64,000 nt of DNA. It comes from Alphaproteobacteria bacterium UBA3773. Lineage in GTDB: Bacteria; Pseudomonadota; Alphaproteobacteria; RF32; CAG-239. Where the stretch lies: positions 17,851-81,850 of the forward strand of contig DFFP01000003.1 in the NCBI GenBank assembly GCA_002372275.1, given 5' to 3'. The notes under the pieces were generated by a model. The model saw nothing but the letters and a program-made list of their open reading frames with translations. It was not told where the DNA came from and searched no databases. Positions 38,364-48,591 of the stretch are shown here, piece by piece; the stretch's first letter is position 1; the number at the start of each line of letters is the position of its first letter. Made by a program: the position numbers and the translations under genes.

Positions 38364-40681
38364 TCCGGTGCATCAATTTTAAGGGTCAAAGTCAAAATAT
38401 TTTTACCCTTTATATACCTGTAAGAAGCTTTATCAGACATTTGTTTAACCAAAAAGATGCCTAAGCCGCCTGTTGCTCTGTCTTCCAGCGGAGCCGAAAT
38501 GTCCGGATCTTTTCTTAAGAGCGGATTAAACTTTAAGCCGCTGTCTGTCAGTTTTAAAACGATTAATCCGCCTTTTTTGCGCAAACTGACATCCACATAT
38601 CCCGTACAACCGACATAAGCATAGCTGGCCACATTTGTAAATGACTCTTCTGCCACCAGATTAAGTCTCTGAATTGTTTTAAGCGGCAAAGAAAATGCCG
38701 TTGCTCCTTCATTTAACCACTTTGAAAAGAGACTATAATTTTCCGTGGTTGCCAAAAGCGTCACATGTCTTTCATCTGTTTTATTCTGCATTCCGTTATA
38801 TTTAAATGCGAGCATTGTCAAATCATCACTTTGGGCCGTATTTTGCACAAAATCCTCCACATTTTTCTTCACATCTTCAAGCAAGCGCCTTGATCCGCTT
38901 AATTTCAAATTATTTAAGCAATCGAGCAATCTTTCCTCCCCATAAAATTCTCTTTTTTCATTTAAGGCCTCTGTCAAACCGTCGGTATATAAAAAGAGCG
39001 TATCTCCTTTATTGAGCAAAGTTTCCGTCACATGATATTCAAAATCGTCCAGTGCACCCAAAGGCATATTAGAATCTGTTTTGAGGTATTCAAACTTACC
39101 ACCATTGCGACAAATAAGCGGCGGATTATGCCCGCAATTTATAAAAGCGATTTTTCCGGTTTCCAAATCCACAATACCGATAAAAGCCGTCACAAAAAAT
39201 CCGAATTGATTATTTTCCTGAATTTTATTATTGATTTTTGAAATCAAGCGACCATGACCTTCTTTATCATTGAACATATTTTTAATTGTTGTTTTAACGG
39301 TCATCATAAACAAAGCGGCCGGCACACCTTTGCCCGAAACATCAGCTACCAAAAACACAAATTGTTTAAGCGAAATAAAGAAAAAGTCATAAAAATCGCC
39401 TCCGATTTCTCTGGCCGGGTTCATCAAAGCAAAGATATTAAATTCCTTCACTTCCGGATAGAAAAATGACGGCAAATATGAGCTTTGAATTTTACTTGCC
39501 ACATCAAGTTCCGTTGCGATACGTTCTTTTTCTTTTGTGAAAGTATTGACGTGCTCAATATATTCTTTTAAGTTTTCACCCATCTGATTAAATGTTTTGG
39601 CAAGTTGTGCAAACTCTGCCGGTTTTTGCAAATGATTTTTAGCATCAATTTTTCCCTGTCCGAAGAGTTCTGCCGTTCGGGTCAATGACTTAATGGGTCT
39701 GTTCACATTTTTCTCCAAGATCAAATAAATTGCCAAAACCATCAAACAGATAGCCGGAAACAAAAAGAGAAACATCCAGAGCCTTATTCTTTTAATGGGA
39801 GCAAATAATTCTTCTTCGGGAATATTCATCACAAAGATCATCCCGTTTCCAAGTTCTTTCACATTTGTTAAAAACTGCTTGCCATTGTGTTTTAAAAATG
39901 AAATACCTTTCAAATCATCACGATACCACGAAACTTCTTTAAGAGATTGACCGAAAAGTTCATTTTGCTTCAAATTAGGATCCGTTGACCCGATCACAAA
40001 ATCGTTATTTTTGTCTGCCACCAGCGAAAAACTGTGCGGTGTCGGTTTCATACTCATGAGTGTTGCCACAATATCGCCGATTTTCCAGTCAATTGTTGAA
40101 AGCCCGACAAGTTTATCATTAAAGTATATACCGGCACCTACCGTTGTCATCAATGTTTCGGATCCCTGATTTTCATAGTATGGCGACGACCATTCAACTT
40201 TAATATTTTTTTCAAGGGAAGGTATAATTTCACGATACCATTTTTGCGTTAAATAATCATATTCTTCGCTTGCAAATTGATCATCAAGCAAAACCTTTCC
40301 CTCATCATTGTGATAAGCATAATAGCATGTTCTTTTTTGATTATCATAGACCGAGTATGCTTTAAACCACACACCGCCCCCCAAAAGCGCCGGAGATTTT
40401 TCAAAAAAATCTTGCACAACAGAGGCAATCATCGGTGCCGATCTGTCTGTTTTGTAGTGAAGTTCGCCGATCAGTGCCAAGTCGACAGCCTTATTTTCCA
40501 TCACATTAATGTCTTTTTCGATTTTGCGTGCAAAGGTCGAAATTTCAAAATCGCTTGCCGTAATTATTAATTTTTTCGCATTTTTATAATTAAGGTAACT
40601 GAAAAAAGAAACAATTCCGCATAAAAATATCAAAATAAAAACCAAGAGAACAACAATTTTCGATTTAACGGTTTTAAGCAT
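38360..40681 (-). CDS. Membrane sensor: Cache-like periplasmic domain, HAMP, SpoIIE/PP2C phosphatase, then a C-terminal RsbW-like GHKL (HATPase_c) serine-kinase/anti-sigma domain
   Basis: 773 aa, paralogous to 29365-31248 over the first roughly 600 residues (HAMP NVNRPIKSLTRTAELFGQGKIDAKNHLQKPAEFAQLAKTFNQM; SpoIIE PAREIGGDFYDFF, LVADVSGKGV, LFLYTDGLTEA). The extra C-terminal region (LVAEESFTNVASYAYVGCTGYVDVSL...TDSGLKFNPL...GGLGIFLVKQMSD) matches the HATPase_c_2 family of anti-sigma factors. Confidence 0.7.
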   Translation of the reverse strand: MLKTVKSKIVVLLVFILIFLCGIVSFFSYLNYKNAKKLIITASDFEISTFARKIEKDINVMENKAVDLALIGELHYKTDRSAPMIASVVQDFFEKSPALLGGGVWFKAYSVYDNQKRTCYYAYHNDEGKVLLDDQFASEEYDYLTQKWYREIIPSLEKNIKVEWSSPYYENQGSETLMTTVGAGIYFNDKLVGLSTIDWKIGDIVATLMSMKPTPHSFSLVADKNNDFVIGSTDPNLKQNELFGQSLKEVSWYRDDLKGISFLKHNGKQFLTNVKELGNGMIFVMNIPEEELFAPIKRIRLWMFLFLFPAICLMVLAIYLILEKNVNRPIKSLTRTAELFGQGKIDAKNHLQKPAEFAQLAKTFNQMGENLKEYIEHVNTFTKEKERIATELDVASKIQSSYLPSFFYPEVKEFNIFALMNPAREIGGDFYDFFFISLKQFVFLVADVSGKGVPAALFMMTVKTTIKNMFNDKEGHGRLISKINNKIQENNQFGFFVTAFIGIVDLETGKIAFINCGHNPPLICRNGGKFEYLKTDSNMPLGALDDFEYHVTETLLNKGDTLFLYTDGLTEALNEKREFYGEERLLDCLNNLKLSGSRRLLEDVKKNVEDFVQNTAQSDDLTMLAFKYNGMQNKTDERHVTLLATTENYSLFSKWLNEGATAFSLPLKTIQRLNLVAEESFTNVASYAYVGCTGYVDVSLRKKGGLIVLKLTDSGLKFNPLLRKDPDISAPLEDRATGGLGIFLVKQMSDKASYRYIKGKNILTLTLKIDAPD

Positions 40682-40798
40682 GAATAGTTACTTTCAAAAC
40701 AACAAAATTTATCTTTTATGATAGAGATTTTCGAATAAAAAAACAATTAAAATATCACTTTATTGACATCCTTAAAGAACAATAAAAAAAGAGATTGC

Positions 40799-41332
40799 TT
40801 AATGCAATCCCTTTTTACTTTTCACTGTGTACCAATCGCACAGCGGAATCATTCTCACACCTTCCGGTCTGACCAAAAGGTACAAATTAAGATCGTCATC
40901 GAACTTGTTGGAATTCGCCTGTTCTTCGCACAAAGCTTCAACCAGAACAACACCATAAGCCATTTCGCAGACAACCGTGTCATCAGATACGCGCCTGATC
41001 ACATCTGCCCTTTGGCCTTTAGGGTCCAAAACGGCTCTGTTAAGCAGGACACAATTTGTCTCCGGATCATACGCATTGTCGGAATCGTCGCTTGAATCAG
41101 AAGTTAATGTCACCAATACTTGCGTATCCGGCTCAAGTACGGTCTTCAAGAAACATAATGATCCGTCATCCAATCGAATGAGCGAACCAAAATTCGTCTT
41201 TGCAACAACGCGGCCGTCCAATAAATCTTCAGAACTTCGTCTGCCGACCAAAAAATAAGGAACAAATGTCCCCGAAATAACGTAGATTGCCAATAAAATG
41301 GCAAAGAACACCACAATAGATACAATTAACAT
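40799..41332 (-). CDS. Hypothetical membrane-anchored protein
   Basis: 177 aa with an N-terminal TM (MLIVSIVVFFAILLAIYVISGTFV). No other recognisable motif. Confidence 0.4.
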   Translation of the reverse strand: MLIVSIVVFFAILLAIYVISGTFVPYFLVGRRSSEDLLDGRVVAKTNFGSLIRLDDGSLCFLKTVLEPDTQVLVTLTSDSSDDSDNAYDPETNCVLLNRAVLDPKGQRADVIRRVSDDTVVCEMAYGVVLVEALCEEQANSNKFDDDLNLYLLVRPEGVRMIPLCDWYTVKSKKGLH

Positions 41333-41479
41333 AACGTTGAATTTTTTAAGGGTTTATAAAAATTTCTAAATAACTGAAATCCCTTTCAGTTTGATACAAA
41401 AAATATATTTTGTCAACTATTTTTTTGATTGAAAAATAATTTACAATTATCTAAAATCAAAGAAAATCGGGAGAAGTAA

Positions 41480-42586
41480 ATGAACTTTATTCAAAAAATT
41501 TTTCAAACAATCCATCCTACCGTTCAAGTCTCACATTTTAAGAGCACGGAAGTGATTGAAAACAACAAAATTGAACACGATTTTTTGTGTTTTGAGGCTC
41601 AAAATGTAGAAATTTCATCAATCTCTTCTGCCAAATTTTTAGCCCGCCGTCTCGGCCAAAAAGTATTTCCGGTCTTAAAAAAATCCATGAAAAACGAAAA
41701 AGACCAACAAAGACTTCTGCAATATCAACAATCAATAGCATGGGTAAATAAAAAAGCTGTCTGGCATCCGGCGCTGGTTGAACATTGCACACATCAACTT
41801 CTTAAAAAAATGAATAAAGCTAAAAGATTCAAGAACAGCTTTCTGACTTATAAAGAAATTTATAACGATGCGTCCATTATTGCCATTTTGCATGACATCG
41901 GCCGTCTTTCTGAAATAGATGTTGCCCAAGGCAGTGTCAAAATGAAGAGGAGCGGCTTAAATAAAAACCATGCCGCCATCAGTTTTGATATTTTGCAAAA
42001 AGCAAAAATCAAGCCCGAAATTTTGCTTGCCATTAAATATCACGAGTTTGCCGACATTGACGAAGCTTCATCTGATTCTCTTTTTATAAATTTAGAACCC
42101 GATCGCCAAGAAATTGCAAAACTATACATTCGTATTTTACAAGATATGGATAAAACGGCAAACCTTGTCGAACGCTCCAAATTCGGCATCAAAAAGTGTG
42201 CTGAATTTTTCGATCCCAATTATATTCAAGATTACGACATCACCCCTTCTTATCTTGAAACGGCTTTAAGCGGAAAATACTTAAATAACAAAGGCGGACA
42301 TCTTCTCGATGCCATGGTTCGGTTTGTCACATGGACATACAGCATACACTATTGTGAAACAAAAGAAATTTTAAGAGACGTATTAACAAACTTTTTTTCA
42401 CAAATGTATATTGAAGCCGAGCGTGAATATCAAAATTCTTCCGTTCAAAATCAAAAAAAACTGGCCGATACTTTAGAAAAAATCACAAAATTGGAAGATT
42501 ACGCCATTGCAGAAAAAATGAATCTGCCGATAAACAGCAAAATGCGCCAAAAAATAAATCAAAAAATAAGTCTTTTAAGACACTAA
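41480..42586 (+). CDS. HD-domain phosphohydrolase-like protein
   Basis: ILHDIGRLSE (HD motif), with HAAISFDIL and KYHEFAD further on. 368 aa. Confidence 0.5.
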   Translation: MNFIQKIFQTIHPTVQVSHFKSTEVIENNKIEHDFLCFEAQNVEISSISSAKFLARRLGQKVFPVLKKSMKNEKDQQRLLQYQQSIAWVNKKAVWHPALVEHCTHQLLKKMNKAKRFKNSFLTYKEIYNDASIIAILHDIGRLSEIDVAQGSVKMKRSGLNKNHAAISFDILQKAKIKPEILLAIKYHEFADIDEASSDSLFINLEPDRQEIAKLYIRILQDMDKTANLVERSKFGIKKCAEFFDPNYIQDYDITPSYLETALSGKYLNNKGGHLLDAMVRFVTWTYSIHYCETKEILRDVLTNFFSQMYIEAEREYQNSSVQNQKKLADTLEKITKLEDYAIAEKMNLPINSKMRQKINQKISLLRH

Positions 42587-42659
42587 AACTTTACTTGCTT
42601 TTTATCTTCAAAAATGCTACATCTCTTTCTCAAAGAAATTTTATAAAAGGACAATACGC

Positions 42660-43880
42660 ATGCAAATTGATATTCAAGATACACTCAAAATTATGCTTAA
42701 AGGGGTTGTGGACCACACCGAGAAAGCTGAAATTATTCAAAAATTAGAGCAGGTCAAAAAAGAAAACAGACCCATGCGTATTAAACTCGGGCTTGATCCG
42801 TCGGCGCCGGATATTCACCTCGGTCACACCGTTGTTTTAAGAAAAATCAAACAATTACAAGATCTGGGGCATCAGGCGGTTATCGTGATCGGCGATTTTA
42901 CCGGCATGATCGGTGACCCGACCGGCAAAAGCAAAACCAGAAAACAACTCACCAAAGAGCAAGTTGAAGAAAACGCCAAAACTTATCAGGAACAAATTTT
43001 TAAGGTCTTAAATCCAAAGCAAACCATCGTTCACTTTAACAGCGAATGGTTCAACAAAATGAACTTCAGAGATGTCATTGAACTTTCTTCAAAATCAACG
43101 GTCGCACGCATGCTCGAGCGTGATGATTTCCACAAGCGCTATACAAACCAGCAAGCTATTTCCGTGCATGAATTTTTATATCCTTTAATGCAAGCCTATG
43201 ATTCTGTTGCTTTAAAGGCCGATATTGAACTTGGCGGTACCGACCAAACCTTTAACATTTTAATGGGGCGCAGCATTCAAAAAGATTACGGAATAGATCC
43301 TCAAATCACACTTTTCATGCCCCTTCTTGAAGGAATCGACGGGGTTGAAAAAATGAGTAAAAGCCTCGGAAATTATATCGGTATTTATGAACCTGCCAAT
43401 ACAATGTATGAAAAGGTCATGAAAATTCCGGATAACATGATTATCAAATACTATGAACTTGTCACCGATGTTCATCCGGATGAAATTGAAAAAATCAAGG
43501 CGCGCCTCGATACAGGTGAAAATCCGCGCGATATCAAAATGGAACTTGCCAAAGAAATCACAAATCTTTATCACACGAAAGCCGAAGCCGACAATGCCGA
43601 AGATTATTTCAAAACGGTTTACCAAGAAAAACAGGTTCATAATGATGCCATGGTTTTAACAATTTGCTCTGAAGGGGCGCAAGACAACGGCCAAATTTTC
43701 ATCAATACTTTAATGGAAAGCGGCAAATATAAATCAAAATCCGAAGTTCGCCGCCTGCTGATGCAAGGTGCCGTTAAAATCGATGGAGAAAGAATAACCG
43801 ACATCAATCAGGTGCCAACGCTCACCGATCAAACTGTTATTCAAGTCGGCAAAGGCACATTTTATAAATTAAAAAAATAA
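42660..43880 (+). CDS. tyrS: Tyrosyl-tRNA synthetase with a C-terminal S4-like domain
   Basis: Class I HIGH-like PDIHLGHTV and KMSKSLGN motifs, with a C-terminal RRLLMQGAVKIDGERI S4 motif. 406 aa. Confidence 0.9.
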   Translation: MQIDIQDTLKIMLKGVVDHTEKAEIIQKLEQVKKENRPMRIKLGLDPSAPDIHLGHTVVLRKIKQLQDLGHQAVIVIGDFTGMIGDPTGKSKTRKQLTKEQVEENAKTYQEQIFKVLNPKQTIVHFNSEWFNKMNFRDVIELSSKSTVARMLERDDFHKRYTNQQAISVHEFLYPLMQAYDSVALKADIELGGTDQTFNILMGRSIQKDYGIDPQITLFMPLLEGIDGVEKMSKSLGNYIGIYEPANTMYEKVMKIPDNMIIKYYELVTDVHPDEIEKIKARLDTGENPRDIKMELAKEITNLYHTKAEADNAEDYFKTVYQEKQVHNDAMVLTICSEGAQDNGQIFINTLMESGKYKSKSEVRRLLMQGAVKIDGERITDINQVPTLTDQTVIQVGKGTFYKLKK

Positions 43881-43903
43881 GTTATATACCCTTTTTTATT
43901 AAA

Positions 43904-43930
43904 AGCGATCGATGACAGATCGCTTTTAAT
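43904..43930. terminator. Hairpin downstream of tyrS
   Basis: aagcgatc-gatgaca-gatcgctt. Only a weak T-run follows. Confidence 0.4.
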
Positions 43931-43932
43931 AT

Positions 43933-44493
43933 TTACGGCAACAAACAAGAAATATGGTATCCGCTAATACCTTCTAATTCATCTTCTGCCCTGATGAGAA
44001 TTTGGGCATTATCTTCAATAAAAATAATCGGCGTTTGATATTTTTCATGCATTGTTTTTAAGACATCCAGTTTTTCGACAGAGCTTTTCACATGAATAAC
44101 CTTGTCGGCGGGTATTTTAAAATTTTGAACCACAATATCCGTTTTAATTTTTTCCAAAGCCGATACCGTTTGGGTTAAAATCCAAATATTTTCATGCTCG
44201 ATTTTTGAAAAAATATATTGCATCGTTTTTAAGAGATGCACATTTTCATACATATTGTGTCCGGCAAGTGTATATACTTGAACATCTTTATCAAGACAAG
44301 GGAGCATTCGATCAAGCGTATATTGAAACTGCGAAAGCGTACCGTCAAAATCAAAAACGGTTAATTTTCCTTTTGTCCGTTCAATAAATTTTTCCACATT
44401 TTGCCGATATTCATCAAATAAGTCTTCAAGCATAACACGTCCCTTACTTTTTAATTTTTCGACAAGGGTATAAAACATCCTCTCATAAGTCAA
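43933..44493 (-). CDS. HAD-superfamily hydrolase-like protein
   Basis: The motif LTVFDFDGTLSQ is a DxDGT-type HAD motif I. 186 aa. Confidence 0.5.
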   Translation of the reverse strand: MTYERMFYTLVEKLKSKGRVMLEDLFDEYRQNVEKFIERTKGKLTVFDFDGTLSQFQYTLDRMLPCLDKDVQVYTLAGHNMYENVHLLKTMQYIFSKIEHENIWILTQTVSALEKIKTDIVVQNFKIPADKVIHVKSSVEKLDVLKTMHEKYQTPIIFIEDNAQILIRAEDELEGISGYHISCLLP

Positions 44494-44547
44494 TGATTTT
44501 TTTATCTTGCAAAGCTGTCCAAATTGTCGTAATTTTTAAATAAATTT

Positions 44548-45549
44548 ATGATAGGGGAATATTTTATAATGAAGACATCTGAAAAACTCGAAAAATGGGT
44601 TGCACAAGGGCTTATTTCAAAAGAACAGGCCGAAAAAATTTTAATTTCAGAACAATCCAATAATTCAAATTTTGTCTTAAAATGGATGTATTTAATTGCC
44701 GGACTTTTCATCGGTCTTGGCGTGATTTTAATCATCAGTGCCAACTGGGAAAATATCCCACCCTTTTTAAAATTAGCGGGCGATTTTACGTTATGGGGTA
44801 TTGTTTTATACCAAGCGTACCATAGTGTCATGTACAAAAAAAATAAATTAAAAGAATTCTTTTTAGTTTTATCGTTTTTATTTATCGGCGCCACAATCGG
44901 TTTACTCGGGCAGATTTTTAATTTAAGCGGCGGCTGGCAATCTTTTGCATGCTTTTGGGCACTTCTTGGTTTACCGTTTGTTTTATGCAGCAGATTATTA
45001 TCATTTAATATATGCTGGCTGTGCCTGTTTTTTTCCATTTTTGATTTCGGATGGCTCGAGAAATTTCTTGACTACATCGACACACATCTTGACGGCGTTT
45101 TCCTGACCGTTATTGTTCTTTCTCTTTTAAGCTATGCCGGCAAAAAATTAGATGAAACAGTTCATCAATTTACTTTACTGCCCAAAGCCTTTGAAAATCT
45201 TTCCATGGTGATGGCCTATGTGGCGATTTTTTCAGCCTCATTTGTCAGACACACATGGTTTTTCTTTTACTTTTCAGATTTCGGCTCACTTTTAATGTAT
45301 CTGTTTTCGTTTGCCTTTTTTGCTTTTCGCATGGCTTTGGCTGTTCAAACCCAAAACATGCTTTCATTTAAGCGAAACGCGGCAGCCGTTGAAATATACA
45401 TCTTTCTGATTTTTGCCAATCAGCTCAGCGACTTGCTCCTTTCCGGCTTCGGATTTATTTTAAGCGGACTTTCCGTTTTAGGCTTAATTTATATCTTAAA
45501 AAAGACATCAAAATATATCAAAAAAATGGGAGTTTTCCATGCAGCATAA
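44548..45549 (+). CDS. Multi-pass membrane protein, DUF2157-like
   Basis: The N-terminus WVAQGLISKEQAEKIL resembles the DUF2157 N-terminal motif and is followed by at least 8 TM helices. The start may be at MKTSEKL (44569). Confidence 0.45.
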   Translation: MIGEYFIMKTSEKLEKWVAQGLISKEQAEKILISEQSNNSNFVLKWMYLIAGLFIGLGVILIISANWENIPPFLKLAGDFTLWGIVLYQAYHSVMYKKNKLKEFFLVLSFLFIGATIGLLGQIFNLSGGWQSFACFWALLGLPFVLCSRLLSFNICWLCLFFSIFDFGWLEKFLDYIDTHLDGVFLTVIVLSLLSYAGKKLDETVHQFTLLPKAFENLSMVMAYVAIFSASFVRHTWFFFYFSDFGSLLMYLFSFAFFAFRMALAVQTQNMLSFKRNAAAVEIYIFLIFANQLSDLLLSGFGFILSGLSVLGLIYILKKTSKYIKKMGVFHAA

Positions 45550-45967
45550 AATTTTAGCATACTTATTTTTTGTTCCCTTTATCGCACTTCTTTTGTGGAC
45601 GGGGTGGCTTTATTACGCAAGACACAACGGCACTGATATTCGCGTTGTCATCACAGGCTACGACCCGCGAGATTTACTTTCCGGCCACTTTATACAATAT
45701 ACCATTGATTGGCAAAAAACAAACTGTACGCAATTTAAGGATAATATTTGCCCTGAAGAAGAATTTTGCAAAGAGGCCAGATGGGGCAAACAATGCCGTT
45801 TTTATATTCCGCAAAATTATGCCAAAGAGCTTGATAAACTGTTTCGAAATCGCTCTCAAAATGATATGATTTTTGAAGTTGTTTATTCTTATCATAAAGG
45901 CATTGAACCGCTTGCCAAACAGCTTTTAATCAACGGCAAAGATTGGCACGAAAGCATCGAAAAATAA
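45539..45967 (+). CDS. GDYXXLXY-domain protein, membrane-anchored
   Basis: N-terminal TM followed by VVITGYDPRDLLSGHFIQYTIDW, which matches the DPRDLxRGxY core of the GDYXXLXY family. The family is commonly paired with DUF2157 or DUF4401 membrane proteins. Confidence 0.45.
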   Translation: MQHKILAYLFFVPFIALLLWTGWLYYARHNGTDIRVVITGYDPRDLLSGHFIQYTIDWQKTNCTQFKDNICPEEEFCKEARWGKQCRFYIPQNYAKELDKLFRNRSQNDMIFEVVYSYHKGIEPLAKQLLINGKDWHESIEK

Positions 45968-45989
45968 ATAGTTATTTGAAATAGTTTTT

Positions 45990-46538
45990 TTATTTCACAA
46001 GCCTTAAATACTTTGGCAAAATCACGCCGCCTTTGACAACAATCAAATAATAGCGCACAAATGCAAACCGGCGCTTTAATTTGTCGTCACACACACTCCA
46101 ATCAATCGGGGTATAATCAATATCATCAATACCGTTTTGAAGTTTTATCCAGAGTTCATCACAAACTTGTTTTTCAATTGCTTTCGGATCATCCAAAACA
46201 GAAGGGCTGACGTAAACGGCTTCAATCAAACCATCCTCATTCATTTTTGAAATATCAATTTCAAACAAATCAGATTGATCCACAAAATCCTTGAGGCAAT
46301 GAGTATTTTTTTCGCTCCATTTTATCGGTTCACTAAATCCCCTGACGGCCCGGCTCCGACCGATATAACAACTTTCCATCCATTGGACTATTTCACGGTG
46401 TGTTGTTTTCCCGTTTGTGCGCTCAAAATAATACGACAAATCAGCATTCGGATTCTTTGCAAACGACAACAATCCTTTTTGTAAAACATCATTTCCTTTC
46501 AAGACATAATGATAAAGCTTCATTGTTTTTGCCTCCAT
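45990..46538 (-). CDS. Hypothetical protein
   Basis: 182-aa ORF that abuts the next gene with a 1-nt overlap. No recognisable motif. Confidence 0.35.
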   Translation of the reverse strand: MEAKTMKLYHYVLKGNDVLQKGLLSFAKNPNADLSYYFERTNGKTTHREIVQWMESCYIGRSRAVRGFSEPIKWSEKNTHCLKDFVDQSDLFEIDISKMNEDGLIEAVYVSPSVLDDPKAIEKQVCDELWIKLQNGIDDIDYTPIDWSVCDDKLKRRFAFVRYYLIVVKGGVILPKYLRLVK

Positions 46539-46855
46539 TAATTGTTGAGCAAAGGAATGATATTGATAACGGGTTCTTCATAAGGGTGTACCTTTTTAAC
46601 GGCCTCAATCGTTTGTTTTAGGTTTTCCGTATCCACACGCACCTCAACCTTCATTTCTTCTTCTGCGCTTATCTCAAATTTCTTTCCGATATACGGCTTT
46701 GCATTTTCAAGCGGACGAAATGTCCCGATCACCTTGTGATAAGACAAACACGAATCATAATTTCCGATCTGACCGGCACCAACTTGTTGCAAGCTTGATT
46801 GCAATTTTTTCAAATGTGTTTCGGGTATAAATATTTCCAATTTGCAAAATGCCAT
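46538..46855 (-). CDS. Small conserved protein, possibly of the GlnB/CutA-like (PII fold) superfamily
   Basis: 105 aa. The C-terminal HPYEEPVINIIPL resembles the CutA HPYExPE motif. Tentative. Confidence 0.35.
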   Translation of the reverse strand: MAFCKLEIFIPETHLKKLQSSLQQVGAGQIGNYDSCLSYHKVIGTFRPLENAKPYIGKKFEISAEEEMKVEVRVDTENLKQTIEAVKKVHPYEEPVINIIPLLNN

Positions 46856-47012
46856 ATTGACCTCATTTTGATTTTTTCACACGTCTTAATATAAAACAAT
46901 TTATAAAATCTGGCAACAAAAAACTTGACAATTAATAGACAAAATTTTAGAATAAACACAATTTAAGTTATTAACATATTATTTCATCTAAAACCCCATA
47001 GAAAAGGCTATG

Positions 47013-47162
47013 GCAAAACACTTTGTTATGAAAAAACAAATCATGAAAAAACTGCAAGACATCTTATCTGCAATGATCGAAAAATTAGATCAATTTGTTA
47101 ATGAGAATGACATTATCGAGCGAATAAAAATGTACAAATTCGGCAAAACCGATGATGTGTAA
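47013..47162 (+). CDS. Small ORF of 49 aa, hypothetical. Not in the ORF track.
   Basis: MAKHFVMKKQIMKKLQDILSAMIEKLDQFVNENDIIERIKMYKFGKTDDV*. An AT-stem hairpin and T-run follow at 47177-47220. Confidence 0.25.
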   Translation, partial: AKHFVMKKQIMKKLQDILSAMIEKLDQFVNENDIIERIKMYKFGKTDDV

Positions 47163-47217
47163 ATTGATGTCCGCATTCAAAGAATCCTTTTTTTTAAAAA
47201 AGGGTTCTTTTTTTATT

Positions 47218-47718
47218 TTATTTTTTTCTGTTTCTATAAATTTGTATCATTGTCCAAATGTTAAGAATCATATACGTTATCACAGACGGATACCCTCTGA
47301 TATAAAGATAATATGTCGCCCAAAACGAAAGATCCACGATTAAGGCATATCTCAATTGCTGCTCATTTTTTGTTAAATAAATGCATAAAGTATAACCAGC
47401 CGATGACAACACAGGCAATATCCCGATCAGCCCTCGATTATTAAATAAAAACCCGAGAGAAATACTTGTAGCTCCAATCAAAAGCGTTGCAATAAGCGAT
47501 AATTTCTTTTTATAGGCCAAAACATTTCTGATTAAAGAAACAGAATTTGTCGTAATGCCCGAATAAGAAAAGAGAGCGGCATTTGTTAAAATCGCAAAAA
47601 TTGTATTTCCAACCTGCCAATACATAAAATCCGTTTTACTTTTTTTCACAACGGAAACAGCCGTACACAGCGAGGCCAAAAAAGAAAATATATTTCCAAC
47701 AATTAAATATGTGTGCAT
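47218..47718 (-). CDS. Small multi-pass membrane protein, YgjV/PnuC-like (tentative)
   Basis: 166 aa with about 5 TM helices. Only weakly recognisable. Confidence 0.35.
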   Translation of the reverse strand: MHTYLIVGNIFSFLASLCTAVSVVKKSKTDFMYWQVGNTIFAILTNAALFSYSGITTNSVSLIRNVLAYKKKLSLIATLLIGATSISLGFLFNNRGLIGILPVLSSAGYTLCIYLTKNEQQLRYALIVDLSFWATYYLYIRGYPSVITYMILNIWTMIQIYRNRKK

Positions 47719-47890
47719 GGTTAATCCTTAAAAGATTGATTCTTAAAAGAACTTATAAATCAATTTTTTAAAATATCATACTTTTTTCTTAATTAGCTTG
47801 TGCTTAAAATAAGTAAAATCACTGAAAAAACAAACAAGAGCTTCCTTTAAATGCGCCGTTTTTTTGATATAATTTTAAGGAGAAAATAAT

Positions 47891-48505
47891 ATGAAAACAA
47901 TAGCCTACATCAGGGTCAGTTCATCAAAACAAACACTTGAGCACCAACGTTTTGAAATTGAAAATTTTACAAGCCGTGAAGGTATAAAAATAGATGAATG
48001 GGTCGAAGAAAAAATATCTTCCCGAAAATCACTTGACAAACGACAACTCGGAAAATTATTAAATGACTTAAAAGAAAACGACAGACTGATCACATGTGAA
48101 ATATCGCGTTTAGGACGTTCTCTTTTAGAGGTCATGAAAATTTTAGAAACATGTTTAAACAAGAATTGTCAAGTATGGACCTTGAAAGAAAATTACCGTT
48201 TAGGCAACGATATTCAATCAAAAGTTTTAGCCTTTGCATTCGGTTTGGCCGCCGAAATCGAGCGCAAACTCATTTCCGAACGCACAAAATCATCTCTTGC
48301 AAATATTAAGGCATCAGGCAAAAAGCTTGGAAGACCCTTATCTTCCCAATCTCAAAAATTAAAACTATCCAAAAACACAAAAAAAGTACAACATTTAATT
48401 GCCCAAGGTTTACCAAAATCTAAAATTGCAAAAATATTGGGGGTTCATCGTTCAACCGTCCGACATTTTATAGATCGGCTTAAACTCATATCCTTAATTT
48501 TGTAA
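47891..48505 (+). CDS. Serine recombinase of the resolvase/invertase family
   Basis: N-terminal catalytic domain AYIRVSSSKQTLEHQ with the SRLGRSLLEV motif. C-terminal HTH SKIAKILGVHRSTVRHF. 204 aa. Confidence 0.8.
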   Translation: MKTIAYIRVSSSKQTLEHQRFEIENFTSREGIKIDEWVEEKISSRKSLDKRQLGKLLNDLKENDRLITCEISRLGRSLLEVMKILETCLNKNCQVWTLKENYRLGNDIQSKVLAFAFGLAAEIERKLISERTKSSLANIKASGKKLGRPLSSQSQKLKLSKNTKKVQHLIAQGLPKSKIAKILGVHRSTVRHFIDRLKLISLIL

Positions 48506-48591
48506 ATTATAAAAAATTCTGAAATTTTACTGGAATTTTTACCATATTTTTTTTACAATAACTTTACCGTTTAATAACATAGGACTAAAAA

